A stretch of DNA of 64,000 nt, taken from positions 802,372 through 866,371 of the forward strand of contig NC_068994.1 of NCBI RefSeq assembly GCF_001194135.2, read 5' to 3'. Shown here piece after piece: positions 13,021-25,232 of the stretch. Position numbers and translations under genes: made by a program. The notes under the pieces were generated by a model. That model saw only the letters and a program-made list of their open reading frames with translations, did no database searches and had not been told where the DNA came from. Numbering within the stretch: position 1 is the first letter of the stretch; the number at the start of each line of letters is the position of its first letter. The stretch is from Octopus bimaculoides (Eukaryota).

Positions 13021-13725
13021 TATATATATATATATATATATAGATATATAGATATGTATATATATAGATATGTATATCTATATATATAGATATATTTGTG
13101 CGTGCGTGCGTGCGCGTATATATGTATGTTTGTGTGTGCGCATGTGCATGTGTGCATGCGCACCACAATATCTCTTGTTAACATAATTTTGTTCCAGAGT
13201 ATATTCATAGCTTCTATAGGTAGGTAAGTGCAATGAAAAGTGTCAACTGTGTACTAGTGTTACTTCAACATATTGTTAAGTCACCTACTCTAATACATTG
13301 CTGACATTTTCTTTTTAATCCGTTTTTATGATGATAATGTTTTCAGTTTTGACTGTTTCAATTGAAGATTTAGTGTTTTTTCTGCTGCTAGCTTCTTTCA
13401 TTGAGCCTTGTTAGTGTAATTTAGCTGCCAGTTGGGTAACATAGATCATATTTTACTAAAGAGTAACTCTATTCCTACGTGCATTATATTACTTAAATAG
13501 TGGACTATCAACTGGTTTCATAGAATGAGTTTATCAATGAATGTCTATATAACGTTATCATTATAATGATAAGATGAGGGCGAACATTGCGCTTGGTGGA
13601 AGAAATTTTCTGTCTTTCAACTGTAAATTTATACTTCTTCTGTAATGAATTTTAAAAAATGTGTAATATGTTATGATAGTGGACAGTTGTTTGAGTTAGA
13701 ATATAAGGGAAGGTGCGGTTGTAAC

Positions 13726-13945
13726 AAATATTGGTTTCAAATTTTGGCACAAGGCCAGCAGTTTTGAGGTAGGGGTAAAATGATTATATTGACCTCAGTG
13801 TTCGACTGGTACTTATTTTATCGATCACCAAAAATGAAAGACTAAGTCAACCTCGGGAGCATTTGAACTCAGAACATACACTCACAAGAAATGCCGCTAA
13901 TCAGTTTTCGTAGTGTGTTAACAATTCTGCCAGCTCACCGCCTTA
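13726..13945 (-). mobile_element. tRNA-derived SINE family 1, full length
   Basis: On the minus strand: A-box-like tggcagaattg, B-box-like gagttcaaatg, then body and tail ccttgtgccaaaatttgaaacc. More than 12 related copies in the window. Confidence 0.85.
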
Positions 13946-14599
13946 AGATGTAACAAATATTGAATAATGGTATTAGTAGAAATATAAATTTAGTGTGTGA
14001 AGACGGGAGGGGTGGGGGAAACTCTCCCCCACGTACATTAGAAAACTAAAAAAAATTCAAAAAAAAGAGATCAAAATCCAAAGAAACTTGATTTAAGTTA
14101 TATTGATAACTGTAGAGTTAATAGTTGTGTTTCAGCAAAGAAAATCTGCTTTCACCAATTCAGTTGGTTCTTTGGAAACTAAAATATTTAAAATCTGTAT
14201 ATGAAGCAGAATTGTTTCAGAACATTTCTTTGTGCTTCAAATGTTGACCACAAATTTGATTTCTAACTATTGAAGTAATTTCTCCACAAAATGACATCAA
14301 ATGAATTAAACGTAGACAGACTAAGCAGACATCATAACATTGTAGGTGAAAGTCATAATTTGGCTTTGTGACCATTTACCAATATTTAAATATACACACT
14401 TAATTACTAATAAATGAAAAAGCAGAAAATTGATTAGAACAAATTTAAAATATCTATGAATAAATAAAATAAACAAATGCTGCAATCTGTGAAATGAAGC
14501 TTTTGCAGATATTCCCTTTGACATATGTAAGCATTCACATGCATATAAATGTACCCATATACATATACCAGACACCTGTAGAAGCATATTATGTGTCTA

Positions 14600-15135
14600 A
14601 ATCATCAGTTAATATCTGCTTTCCATGCTGACATGGGTTGGATGGTTTGACAGGAGCTGCCCAGGTTCCAAGTGTCTATTTTGGCATGATTTCTACAGCT
14701 GGATGCCCTTCCTAATGGCAACTACTTCACAGAGTGTACTGGGTGCTTTTTACATGACACTGACACAAACACTATTATGTGGCACAGGCACTTTTATGTG
14801 ACACCGGCATCAGTGCTTTTACATGGCACTAGCATGGACGCTTTCATGTGGCACTGGCACAGGTGCTTTTGTGTGAAACTGGCATGGGCACTTTTACGTG
14901 ACACCGACGCCTCAAGAGGAGAACCTCTTAGCCGAGAGAGGGAGGTAGAAGACATGTCTGTATGTATGGATGGTCACTATTTTACTTAGCTTGATGTGTG
15001 TTCTCTTAAGCATAGCAAACTTCCAGAAGTTTTGGTCCCTTGTCATCTCCTCTGTGAAGCCCAGCATCTGCAGATCCTTTCTCACAACTTCATCCCATTT
15101 CTTCCTTAGTCTACCTCTTCCACAAGTTCTCTCCA
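14600..15135 (-). mobile_element. RTE LINE 3' end (ORF C-terminus plus 3' UTR)
   Basis: Minus ORF 14912-15136 (RTCGRGRLRKKWDEVVRKDLQMLGFTEEMTRDQNFWKFAM) is a typical RTE C-terminus. The 3' UTR contains about 24-nt subrepeats. Confidence 0.85.
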
Positions 15136-15225
15136 CAATTCGATTGGCAGCTGTCCTCGTCCATGGTTTTTCGCATTATTCCTTTTGGTCTTTCCTTCCT
15201 TTCAGCTTTCACTTTCTTCTAGTTG

Positions 15226-15620
15226 GAGGGGCTGCGTGGTAAGTAGCTTGCTTACCAACCACATGGTTTCAGGTTCAGTCCCACTGTGTGACACCTTGGG
15301 CAAGTGTCTTCTACTATAGCCTCAGGCCGACCAAAGCCTTGTGAGTGGATCTGGTAGAAACTGAAAGAAGCCCATCGTATATACATGTATAAATAAATAT
15401 ATATGTGTGTATATGTTTGTGTGTCTGTTTGTTGCCCCCACTGCCATCGATGACAACTGATGTGTTTACGTCCCTGTAACTTAGCGGTTCAGCAAAAGAG
15501 GCCAATAGAATAAGGACTAGGCTTACAAAGAATGAGTCCTGGAGTCGATTGATTTGACTAATGGTGGTGCTCCAGCATGGCCGCAGTCAAATGATTGAAA
15601 CAAATAAAAGAGTAAAAAGT
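15226..15620 (+). mobile_element. tRNA-derived SINE family 2 (CORE-like), full length
   Basis: A box tggtaagtag, B box ggttcagtccc, CORE-like accttgggcaagtgtctt, internal (TA/TG)n and A-rich tail. Confidence 0.85.
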
Positions 15621-15840
15621 AAATGTTAAAGACACTTTCATTTTTTTAATCTTTCTTTCTGTACTAAACTAATAATGCACTTTGTTTACATATTGTATTC
15701 TGTGTTCTGAGTGTATCTGTGTGTGTGTGTGTGTGCGTGTGTGTGTGTGTGTGTGTGCATATGTATACATATATAAATATAGAAATATGCATCTGTATGT
15801 ATGTAAGAAATTGAGATGACAAAGGAATAAACAATTCTCT

Positions 15841-15966
15841 TATGGACTTCACTAGCTTACAGCCGTTTCTGCTGTTGAGTGCCTGAGTATCATCTTATAC
15901 TCAGTCCTCAGTTGTGAGTCCACTGCATCTTAGAGCAGAAACAGTTGTAAGCTAATGATGTTCATA
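15841..15966. repeat. 126-nt foldback element (about 33-bp terminal inverted repeat plus inner hairpin)
   Basis: tatggacttcactagcttacagccgtttctgct pairs with agcagaaacagttgtaagctaatgatgttcata. Inner ctgagtat/atactcag stem. Confidence 0.8.
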
Positions 15967-16149
15967 AGATAATTGTTTATTCGTTTGTCATATCAGTTTC
16001 TTTTTACCACTCTGTACCTGACTAATGCTTTTGTTCTGAAGAATATGTGTATTGAGGTCTAACACTGGGTTATTAGTATCACAGTACCTAAGTGAATAGT
16101 ACGTCTATCAATATTGGAATTACTGGAGATGTCATTAAATATTACCAGG

Positions 16150-16365
16150 GAGCCAAGCCTATGTGTTCTTTAATGAAGTTGCTTGATCTGCTAAAAACAA
16201 TAGCCAGTTTTCATCAAATTACACCCTACTGTCATAAAAATATGAGCATGATGTCTTAGATTCAGGAGACCTTAAAAATATCTACTTGCTTAAGACTGGA
16301 TTGCTTTTGATCACAGATATAATTGATTAAGGCTGACCTGGGGTTGAGCAACTGCAGGGATCTGT
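16150..16365 (-). mobile_element. SINE family 3, decayed
   Basis: Reverse-complement similarity to 23750-23910, 42680-42830 and 57512-57690 (gtgtgatttgagggagatttggctgctatttctagca-like block). Confidence 0.5.
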
Positions 16366-16384
16366 TTTATGGGATTGTTTATGT

Positions 16385-16423
<39 letters not shown>

Positions 16424-16730
16424 TCAGAGAGAGAGAGAGAGAGAGAGATAAACAAAATGTAATGTATAAAAATACACATGATATTAATAGTTTTCACAAT
16501 TGCTTCTACTGTTTCTACTACTGGCCTTCACCCCATCACTTCTACTATTGCTGTGTAGTAATGGGTGTTGTTAAAGAATGTGAAGCATGAATGAGATAAC
16601 ATGTTTAATTGAACCTGTAAGAAGTTTAAATGTTGTGTATTTAATAACTGAGACTTTGTAGAATGGAGCAGATTGTGACAGGTGTGAGTGTATGTTTGTG
16701 GGGATTGGGACAGACTGAAACTTGCAAATA

Positions 16731-16936
16731 CAGTGATCCCTCACCATATCATGATTCACCTGTTGCGTACTCAGTACATTGCAGGTTTTTCTGGCTAATC
16801 TCTGTAAATTTATATTGCAAAATCCTCAGAATATTGCAGGTTTCTGCAGCTGATAGGTATTTATATTTTCTCAGGTTTTAATTATTTCTGTGGGAGGCTT
16901 TTGAACGTAACACCCACGATAGTCAAGGGATTACTG
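16731..16936. mobile_element. Tigger/pogo-type MITE
   Basis: TA|CAGTGATCCCT ... AGGGATTACTG|TA: TA target duplication and CAGT termini. Confidence 0.8.
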
Positions 16937-17324
16937 TATTCAAATTCTGTATTTGCTGCTTGGGTAACCAAGGCCAAAAAATTCTATTTTCTTCCAGATT
17001 ATCAAAGATCTGAAATGTTTCTTTTAATAACTACTATTTTAAAATGATCTTTAGTAGTAGCCAAACCTGGATTAGAGTCCATTAGATGGCATTCATGCTG
17101 TTGTCTGACCAAAAGATAGGGTCAGTTGTGAGGAGATTTATAATGTTTTTATGTTGAGATGAAATGTAAGGAGTTGGGGGGAAGATCAAAGATTTGCAGA
17201 GTAGTTGAGCAACAGAAGAACAAAGAAAAAGGTCTCATATGAATAAAGTTCAGAAATCTATGCCACTCAACAAGAGTTTTAGAGATAAGATTCTGTCCAC
17301 CGTTTTTAATCTCACTATCAACTA

Positions 17325-17945
17325 TATTTGAAATATTGGTTTCAAATTTTGGCACAAGGCCAAATACATTGACTCTATATGTATGAAAGGCAAAATTGAC
17401 CTTGGTGGGAGTTGAACTCAGAATTTGAAGTGTCAGAAGAAATGCCAGTAAACTATTTGTTTGGTGTTAATGATTCTGTTAGTTCGTTGCCTTAATTATC
17501 CTTTCTACTAAAGGCACAAGACCTGAAATTTGCGGGAGAGAACCAGTCGATTCCATTGATGCCAGTGTTCAATTGGCAGTTATTTATCGACCCCAAAAGG
17601 ATGAAAGGCAAAATCGACATCAGTTGAATTTGAACTCAGAATATAAAGATGGGCAAAATGCCGCTATGCATTTTGCCCAGCATGCTAATGATTCTGCCAG
17701 CTTGTTGCCTTAATAATAATAATAACAACAACAGTAATAATAATTCTTTCTACTAAAGGCTGGGGCAGGGGGTAAGTCAGTTATATCAATCCCAGTGTTC
17801 AACTGGTCCTTATTTTATCAACTCTGAAAGGAAGAAGGGCAAAGTCAACCTCGGTGGAATTTGAACTCAGAAAATAAAGACAGGTGAAATGCCGCTAAGC
17901 ATTTTACCTGGCATGCTAACGATTCTGTCAGCTTGTTGTCTCGAT
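17325..17945 (-). mobile_element. Tandem train of three SINE family 1 copies
   Basis: Copies at about 17325-17490, 17495-17715 and 17740-17945, each with a gagttcaa B box on the minus strand and separated by (AAT)n. Confidence 0.85.
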
Positions 17946-18845
17946 GATGATGATGATGATGAAGATGGTGGTGGTGGTGGTGGCAACGGCTGCTGCTGCT
18001 GTTGTTGTTCAAAGCTGATTTGTCACTGTGGTTGAAGTGTTAATTCATTAGCAGTCTCTATGAACTTGTATCTCTTGTTTACCATTTAAATAACATTGAC
18101 TTATTGTTAAGAAAGTCCAGTTCTGATAATCATTTTTTGCAAAGTCTAGTGACTTAATAGAACTGCTTTGATCTGGATTAAACTGTTGAGACAAAGGATT
18201 GGTTATGAGATTTTAACAAATTACTTTCTTCAAATAAAGATCAGAAGAAGGAAAATGTTTTAATATAATGTTGTCTGTTTTTATTCTGGTATTTAATAGT
18301 GACATAACACTGATACTACAATAAACACATCACGTCTCTAATCATAACAACTTACTACCTTTCAGGCTTGATCAATAGGATTGCCTTTTGGTTGATCACA
18401 CTAGACAAATAGATAGATATATAGAGTTAGATAGATGACAATCAGCTATCAATGCCATGGTGAATAACATTGCTTCTCTAATTTCATTCATAAGTAATTC
18501 TAGAAGAGTGGAGTAAACAATGAATTTTGATATGAAACTGTGAGGATTAGTTAGGATTAGGATTTAAGGGTGATTGAGCTGAGAAAGTAGCATTGAGTTG
18601 ACTGAAAGTGAATGATATGAACTTGTTAACATGGTCATTGATTATCATAGATGGTGCAAGAGGCTAGAAGGGAAATAATCAGGCAAAATCTAAGGAACTC
18701 CCCCCCCCTCCAATTCACCATGGAAAAACTATGGTAGTATGGAGATGTTATTTAATTAGCACAATCAGAATTACTGACAGAAAGGAGGGAAATATACAGG
18801 AGTGACCTCTTTACAAAGTAATCTTTAGATTAGGTTAATCTAGCG

Positions 18846-18892
<47 letters not shown>

Positions 18893-19530
18893 AGGGGAAA
18901 TATAAACAGACAATTTCCCAGAGTTCAAGCATAAAACAAGTTTCGTTGTTAATCTAGTGCTCATGCATGGTTGTGAGTATTGTACTGTGGTCGATGGTTT
19001 CATAGAGGACTTCTTGTATCCAGTGGCCTAACAGTGAGGTGCTATACAATGTTCTAAGTTGTTTTAGGATTTTGTGTCACCTTATGATGAAGGTAAGATG
19101 TGTTGGCTGCAACATGTGTAAGAGAGAAGAAAGATTGTATGAAATATATTTAAAATAGGTAGTGATTGGAAAGTGAAGGCGAGGAGGAGAATGACCTAAG
19201 ATAGCATCCTTTGATGATTNNNNNNNNNNNNNNNNNNNNNNNNNNNNNNNNNNNNNNNNNNNNNNNNNNNNNNNNNNNNNNNNNNNNNNNNNNNNNNNNN
19301 NNNNNNNNNNNNNNNNNNNNNNNNNNNNNNNNNNNNNNNNNNNNNNNNNNNNNNNNNNNNNNNNNNNNNNNNNNNNNNNNNNNNNNNNNNNNNNNNNNNN
19401 NNNNNNNNNNNNNNNNNNNNNNNNNNNNNNNNNNNNNNNNNNNNNNNNNNNNNNNNNNNNNNNNNNNNNNNNNNNNNNNNNNNNNNNNNNNNNNNNNNNN
19501 NNNNNNNNNNNNNNNNNNNNNNNNNNNNNN

Positions 19531-19730
19531 ATTAGGGCCAGCAGTGGAATCCTACTGATCCAGGATCAACCTACCATCAAAGGCAACGGACTGTCTTGCT
19601 TAGAGTGGAAACATTCACTCTAACCATTTTTCACTATTCTCACTCAACTTTTAACAAATTTACTAAAGAACTCCTTCTTCACCTCCATCTTCCTTTTTAT
19701 ATAGTATTGTAGTAAGTCCAAAAAAAGCTT
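19531..19730 (-). mobile_element. Probable L1/Tx1-like LINE 3' end
   Basis: Frameshifted minus translation KRKMEVKKE...SKFVKS*VRIVKMVRVN resembles Tx1-type C-termini. Abuts an N gap. Confidence 0.35.
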
Positions 19731-19810
19731 CACTGAAGAGGAAAATGTGACTTCAGTCCTGTCAGCCTCTTTCATAAGAGGGAAATGGCTTACCCTTCCT
19801 AATGAAAGGC

Positions 19811-19839
<29 letters not shown>

Positions 19840-19843
<4 letters not shown>

Positions 19844-20162
19844 CCTTTCTACTATAGGCACAAGACCTGAAATTTTGGGAGAGGGGATTAGTCGATTACA
19901 TCGATCCCAGTGTTTCACTGATACTTAATTTATAGACCCCAAAAGGATGAAAGGCAAAGTTGACCTCAGCAGAATTTGAACTCAGAATGTAGTGATGAGT
20001 GAAATACTGCTCAACATTTCGTCCAGCGTGCTAATGACTCTGCAGCTCGCTAACTTTATAATAATAATAATGATGTTAATAATAATAATAATAATAATAA
20101 CAGTATCAAATTTTGGCACAAAGTCAGCAATTTTAGGAAAAGTGGAGAAATTGATTACGTTG

Positions 20163-20165
<3 letters not shown>
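19840..20165 (-). mobile_element. SINE family 1 copy (19840-20055) plus a tail fragment (20100-20165)
   Basis: Similarity to the other copies; flanked by (AAT)n and (ACT)n. Confidence 0.8.
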
Positions 20166-20205
<40 letters not shown>

Positions 20206-20779
20206 TTACTACTACTACTACTAATAATAATACTGATATTAATTATAAGGATAATTAAGTAGTGACAATCAGATTTAATGGTAAGTAGCATTTGAGCAAT
20301 ATAAGTTATAATCAGTGGCATAACTGTGAAGTTCTGTTATATTCACACATGAGTTCACACCAACTTATACACTTATTGTTCTGTGGTAGCTTTATTTACA
20401 GATTACACAGATTCCTACTGCTACTCTTTAATTCCTACACAATGTCATTTATCTCTAATTCCCTGTTTTAGCAGTTGTTTCTAGCTCTGTTCAATACTTG
20501 TTTCATTCAAGAGGATACGATTGCCATCAGAAAAGAGATGGTGAGATTACATAGTTGGCAAACTGGGATGAAGCCATCTGCTCTATAATAATAATAATGA
20601 TAATAATAACGGTTTCAAATTTTGCCACAAGGGTAGCCATTTTTTTTGTGGGGAGGGGATGACTTGATTACATTGACCACTCTGCAGAGTGGATTCAGTG
20701 CTTTTTACATGGCACTAGTGCAGGCAAGGTTGGTTTTGGCATGAGTTGGAATGTTTTAGGTAATCTCTGTCTGTTAGGG

Positions 20780-20985
20780 GCTGCTGCACTGATGGCACTC
20801 ACTGGTTGACTGGACCCAGTGAAATTGATGCTGTTGTAGTCTACTTGCAAGTCAATGGCTTCAGAGAAAACATGAAGGTGGGGGGGGGGAGATTCCAGAG
20901 AACTGATGTTCTGGGAAAGAAGGATTGGAGTGAGACCTGCTGGTGGGACCACATTCTAGGGGAAGAAAGGAAGGGACAAAAAAAA
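20780..20985 (-). mobile_element. CR1/L2-group LINE 3' end
   Basis: Minus translation SLQSFFPRTSVLWNLPP; nucleotide similarity to 56100-56240. Confidence 0.65.
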
Positions 20986-21662
20986 AAAAAGTGAGTGACT
21001 GAGTAGGAGTGGCATGAGACCAGCCAACTCAATAAGTAGTAGTAGAAGAAGAAGAAGAAGAAGAAAAAGACAAGCATGTCTGTAAGGGAGAGAGAGGATG
21101 GAGTGTTTTTGTCACTTGCTTTTAATCCCTCAAGCTGATCAGTAGCATTAACTTCACCGTTTTTACTAAGCATGTATCCTGTCTTCCAATGACTTGTTGG
21201 TTGCTTTCTCATTTCCTTGATACTGTTGTTGGAGAGACTTCCATAATGTGATGATGATGTGATGTCGTTGGAAATAGCTGGCTCAGCATCTCTTGATAGC
21301 TGGTCTTTGTTGAGTCACTTTTCAGACTGCAGGTCAACTTTAACTTCCATAATCGGTCAATAATATTGTATTAGCTTCATTTAATATTTGACTACCTTTC
21401 TGCTTTGCCAAAAGTAAATTACTATAAAAGTTCATGGAGATACAATATTATCCCAGCACCTGCTGCTGCTATTGAGTGCTACTGTCACCAGCCACACCAC
21501 CATCATTATCCTAAATACATTGCACCTGAATAAAAGACAGCATGGCAATGGCTGGAATGTCGCTTCAGGTCTGCTCTACAGAGATACAAAAAAGCAAACT
21601 GATTCCTACAATTTATTGAACAATTTATTGAACAATTTATCACCTGGATATTTTAAAGTGTA

Positions 21663-21693
<31 letters not shown>

Positions 21694-23394
21694 GCACATG
21701 CATGTTTAGTATCTGCTGTTGGGAGTTCAGTTGCCCTTCCTCTCTCACTAATAGTCACACAAGTCTGAGCATCATTTTGTAGCCTTGTGCCATTGTAAGA
21801 ACTCCTTACTCTATGCAGTGTCATTATAATGATATGAGCAGTGGTGTTTGTGGAGGATTTCTTTTGGACACAGTGTTGAGGAGATCTAAGTATATATTTT
21901 GATGTTAGGCTGTCTGTTTTGACTGAGAGTTATTTGATCTGTTGATACATCACTTGACAACCAACAAGTCTACAACTCTACAAGAATTACTAATCACCGC
22001 ATTACTCATTATCGTTCATTTTCTTCTCTTTCTCTCTCATTCTGAAAATCCTTTGTTGCTTCTCCACACACACACACACACACACACATACAAAATGCTT
22101 TATAGCTGCTTAGGTTTCTATTTCTTAATCACATGTGTTGAGAGTCACCAACCTCTTTGGTAGGATATTCTCTGTACGAGAGAATATGCTCCATCTTTGG
22201 GCATACTCTCCATGTAGTTCTTCCCAGTTCAAAACAAATCTGTAGTTCATTGTTTAAAATGTTTTGAATTTGTTCAGTCTCTATTTCATTTCAAGACTTT
22301 TGCTGACAGTAAGTGGTCTATATGACTGTGTGGTGTCTATTTTCATATTTTGGATCTATAACTGGTTTGTGGGNNNNNNNNNNNNNNNNNNNNNNNNNNN
22401 GGGGGGGGGGGTGCATGTGTGTCTGTGGGGTCTATACTGCTGTGAGTAGTCTGTATATATGGTCTATATGGCTATGTACTGTTTCTATATAATCTGTTTT
22501 AATATCTCTACTAAGTTCTGCTGCTTTCTTTATTATTTGGTCAGAGGTAGAAACTATGATCCCTTTTAGGACCTCCTGGGTGTGTGGAAGAGAGGGAGCA
22601 CATTTATACTGAAACTGGGAACCTGGCGCAAGTGCTTGCAACATAGTGGACTCTACTACAAGCATCCAAGGACCAGGTGGTGGTCAGTCCACAGAGGAAG
22701 CTCCATGAATTCTAACGTGTGTGAGAGACATTATGAGCTGCCTGTATTTCTTTTTGAAAAGTTCAAACTGGACATTAACTCTGTTATTGTTACCCACTGG
22801 GAGAGGTTAAAACAATAAGATCAGCTGACCGTTAAACTTTTCAGTAGTTCATCTGTGCCCAGTGCTCAAAACAACAGCAAAAAAAGATTTCCTACCACAT
22901 CAAGAAATTCTTTTGTAAAACGGAAAAACTTCTGAATGAAATTTGGGTCCTAGCGTCCGTTTTGAAGGGTGATTTAGGCCTGAAGCTAACTAGGCTGACA
23001 TATTCCAAACTTTAATAAACGCCTTCTGTGCTCCTGCTTTCTCGTACCCCTTTGTTTACCCATTTCTTCTGACCATTGGCATGATAGTAGGTCTATCACA
23101 CAGCCCATTAAATATAGTATTTTGGATGACATTGTTCCTTTAATGTCGGGCTTTTCTCCTTCATCTGATTTTATCGACACACGCCCGTGTGTATTTCCCT
23201 GTTGTTAGGCTGATGGCTAGACTGTCTTGAAAGATGTACTTTGGTCTGTTTATATCTGAGTTCAATTTTTGTCTCAATAGACTTTGCTTTCATCTTTTCA
23301 TGGTCGATAAAATATACCACTGATATACTGGGGTTGCTGAATATAATCGACTCTACAACATTTTTGAAATTGTTAGTAGTATTATTATTATTGC

Positions 23395-23615
23395 GATGCT
23401 CGTGGCAAGATGGCAGAATCGTTAGCATGCCTGGCAAAATGCTTAGCAACATTTCATCCGTCTTTACGTTCAGAGTTCAAATTCCACCAAGGTCGACTTT
23501 GCCTTTCATCCTTTCGGGGTTGATTAAATAAGTACCAGTTGAGCATTGAGGTCAATGTAATCAACTTACTCCACCCCCGAACTTATTGGCCCTGTGCTAA
23601 AATTTGAAACCATTG
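23395..23615 (+). mobile_element. SINE family 1, full length
   Basis: tggcagaatcgttagc ... gagttcaaattcc ... ccctgtgctaaaatttgaaacc. Confidence 0.85.
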
Positions 23616-24234
23616 GATGGTAAAGTTAGTAGACAGATGTAGAGAATGTATTTAGTTATGGCCCTTTTAATTTGTGGACTGTTTTACCTGTCATCCTTCC
23701 GATGTAACAATCAAATCGTGTCCTATGTGGCTTTGTGACCGTGCTACTATGGTCGTTTAGCCCATGGGTAACCCTGATTATGTTCATACATTCCAACCGT
23801 GCCAACCCCGCCTTTTTTTAATATCAAAGGACTTCTTGTCCAATGTATTCTTTAAGATGTGATTTGATAGGAGCTTGGATGCTATTTCTAGCAAATAGGG
23901 CGACCACTTTGAGACTCGTTTCTACCTGTTAAAAAAATCACAAGCGTCGTCACTTCACCGAAGACGGAGTCATTCGATTCGCTTGTGCTGCATTCTTGAC
24001 ATTTTTTTGCCTGTTCAGTGTTTGCAAGCTTCCTTTGAATGTGTTGGTGGTCCATTATTACTGGTAAGTTTAGTTTGGTGGCGATTAGAAACAGTTTTGC
24101 CTGCCAGATTCTGCTGCGAGTGAGAGGTAACAACAACAACTGCAACAACATTATGTTAGGAGTTGGAAAGAAAGACAAAGTGGAAGGAGGAATCTGTCTG
24201 TCTTTCTCTTCCCTCATCTTTCTCTCTCACCTTC

Positions 24235-24268
<34 letters not shown>

Positions 24269-24315
24269 ACAGACAGTTATTGAGTTTTACATAATCGATG
24301 TCAGTTGTAGACTGG

Positions 24316-24328
24316 AGGTCACAGGTCA
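24316..24328 (+). promoter_or_regulatory. Perfect DR1 nuclear receptor element AGGTCA-C-AGGTCA
   Basis: Exact sequence match; function inferred. Confidence 0.5.
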
Positions 24329-24904
24329 CTGTGGTCCTTCAGAGCAGAATTCCTTTTTGTCTCGTTCGTATGCGTTCCCCTCTCTCTCCCAAGAATTTCG
24401 TCTGGAAGCCCGTTGTCGACTTCAGTAGCTTTTTGTCAATTTTATTTATGATGCCTGAAATATGTTAATTAGTTATAGCTGTAATAAACCTTAGACAAAG
24501 ACACTGAAGAGCCTCTGTGTGTGTGTGTGTGTGTGGCAGTAATGGGAGGAGGAGGAGGAGGAGGAGATGGTGCAGTGTTAATAACGTATCAGGAAAGTTT
24601 GACTGTTGTGTATGTGATGACATTGTAGTGATCAATTAATTAGCTGAATACTAAATAACAACAAATATTGGCTTCTTCTAAAAACAGATTGATAATAATT
24701 TCCTGTTGGCAACAACACACACTGTCTACTCAACATGTTTACTTAACTGTGGACAGATAACTGATAATCCCCCCTCTCCCTCCCTCTCTCACCACTTAGC
24801 AATGATGATGATTGCACGAGTTAGCCTCCTTGTCTGCAACAGGCACAACCATTCTCTCAACTTTACTCCAAACTGCAGAAAACCAGCGTCTATATATGGA
24901 CTGG

Positions 24905-24942
<38 letters not shown>

Positions 24943-25062
24943 CATTTCAAAGTTTCAGCTCAGAGCTGCGGCCATGCTGATGCGTGTGTATGTGCCCGCA
25001 TGCATGTATATGTGTGTGTGTATACACACACACACACACATATATATATGTATATAGCTTAC

Positions 25063-25232
25063 CAATCAGCCATGTGCACATTATTGGCAGCCTGCTGCTT
25101 TGAAGTAGTGGCGAACATCTTAGAAGATTGACAGATATGTATAGTAGACATAACATCCACCCACCAGCTGTCGAAGTGGCCGCCACCGACATATAGGTCA
25201 GCAGACTTGGAAGAGGGAAAAGACGGCACCAT
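25063..25232 (-). CDS. Candidate first coding exon of an unidentified minus-strand transcript (MVPSFPSSKSADLYVGGGHFDSWW...ANNVHMAD)
   Basis: ATG in strong context (atcATGg), 56 open codons, then donor ttg|gtaagc (phase 2). No homology recognised. Confidence 0.25.

Noticed and set aside
13555-13572. Perfect 18-bp palindrome ttatcattataatgataa
   Set aside because: About one such AT-rich palindrome is expected by chance in 64 kb.
20841-21350. Minus-strand frame MEVKVDLQSEK*LNKDQLSRD... that would be 169 aa if TGA 21317-21315 were recoded
   Set aside because: The A in UGA has a 5' G, which ADAR disfavours. There are no usable splice sites, and the frame runs into (TTC)n and a CR1 remnant.
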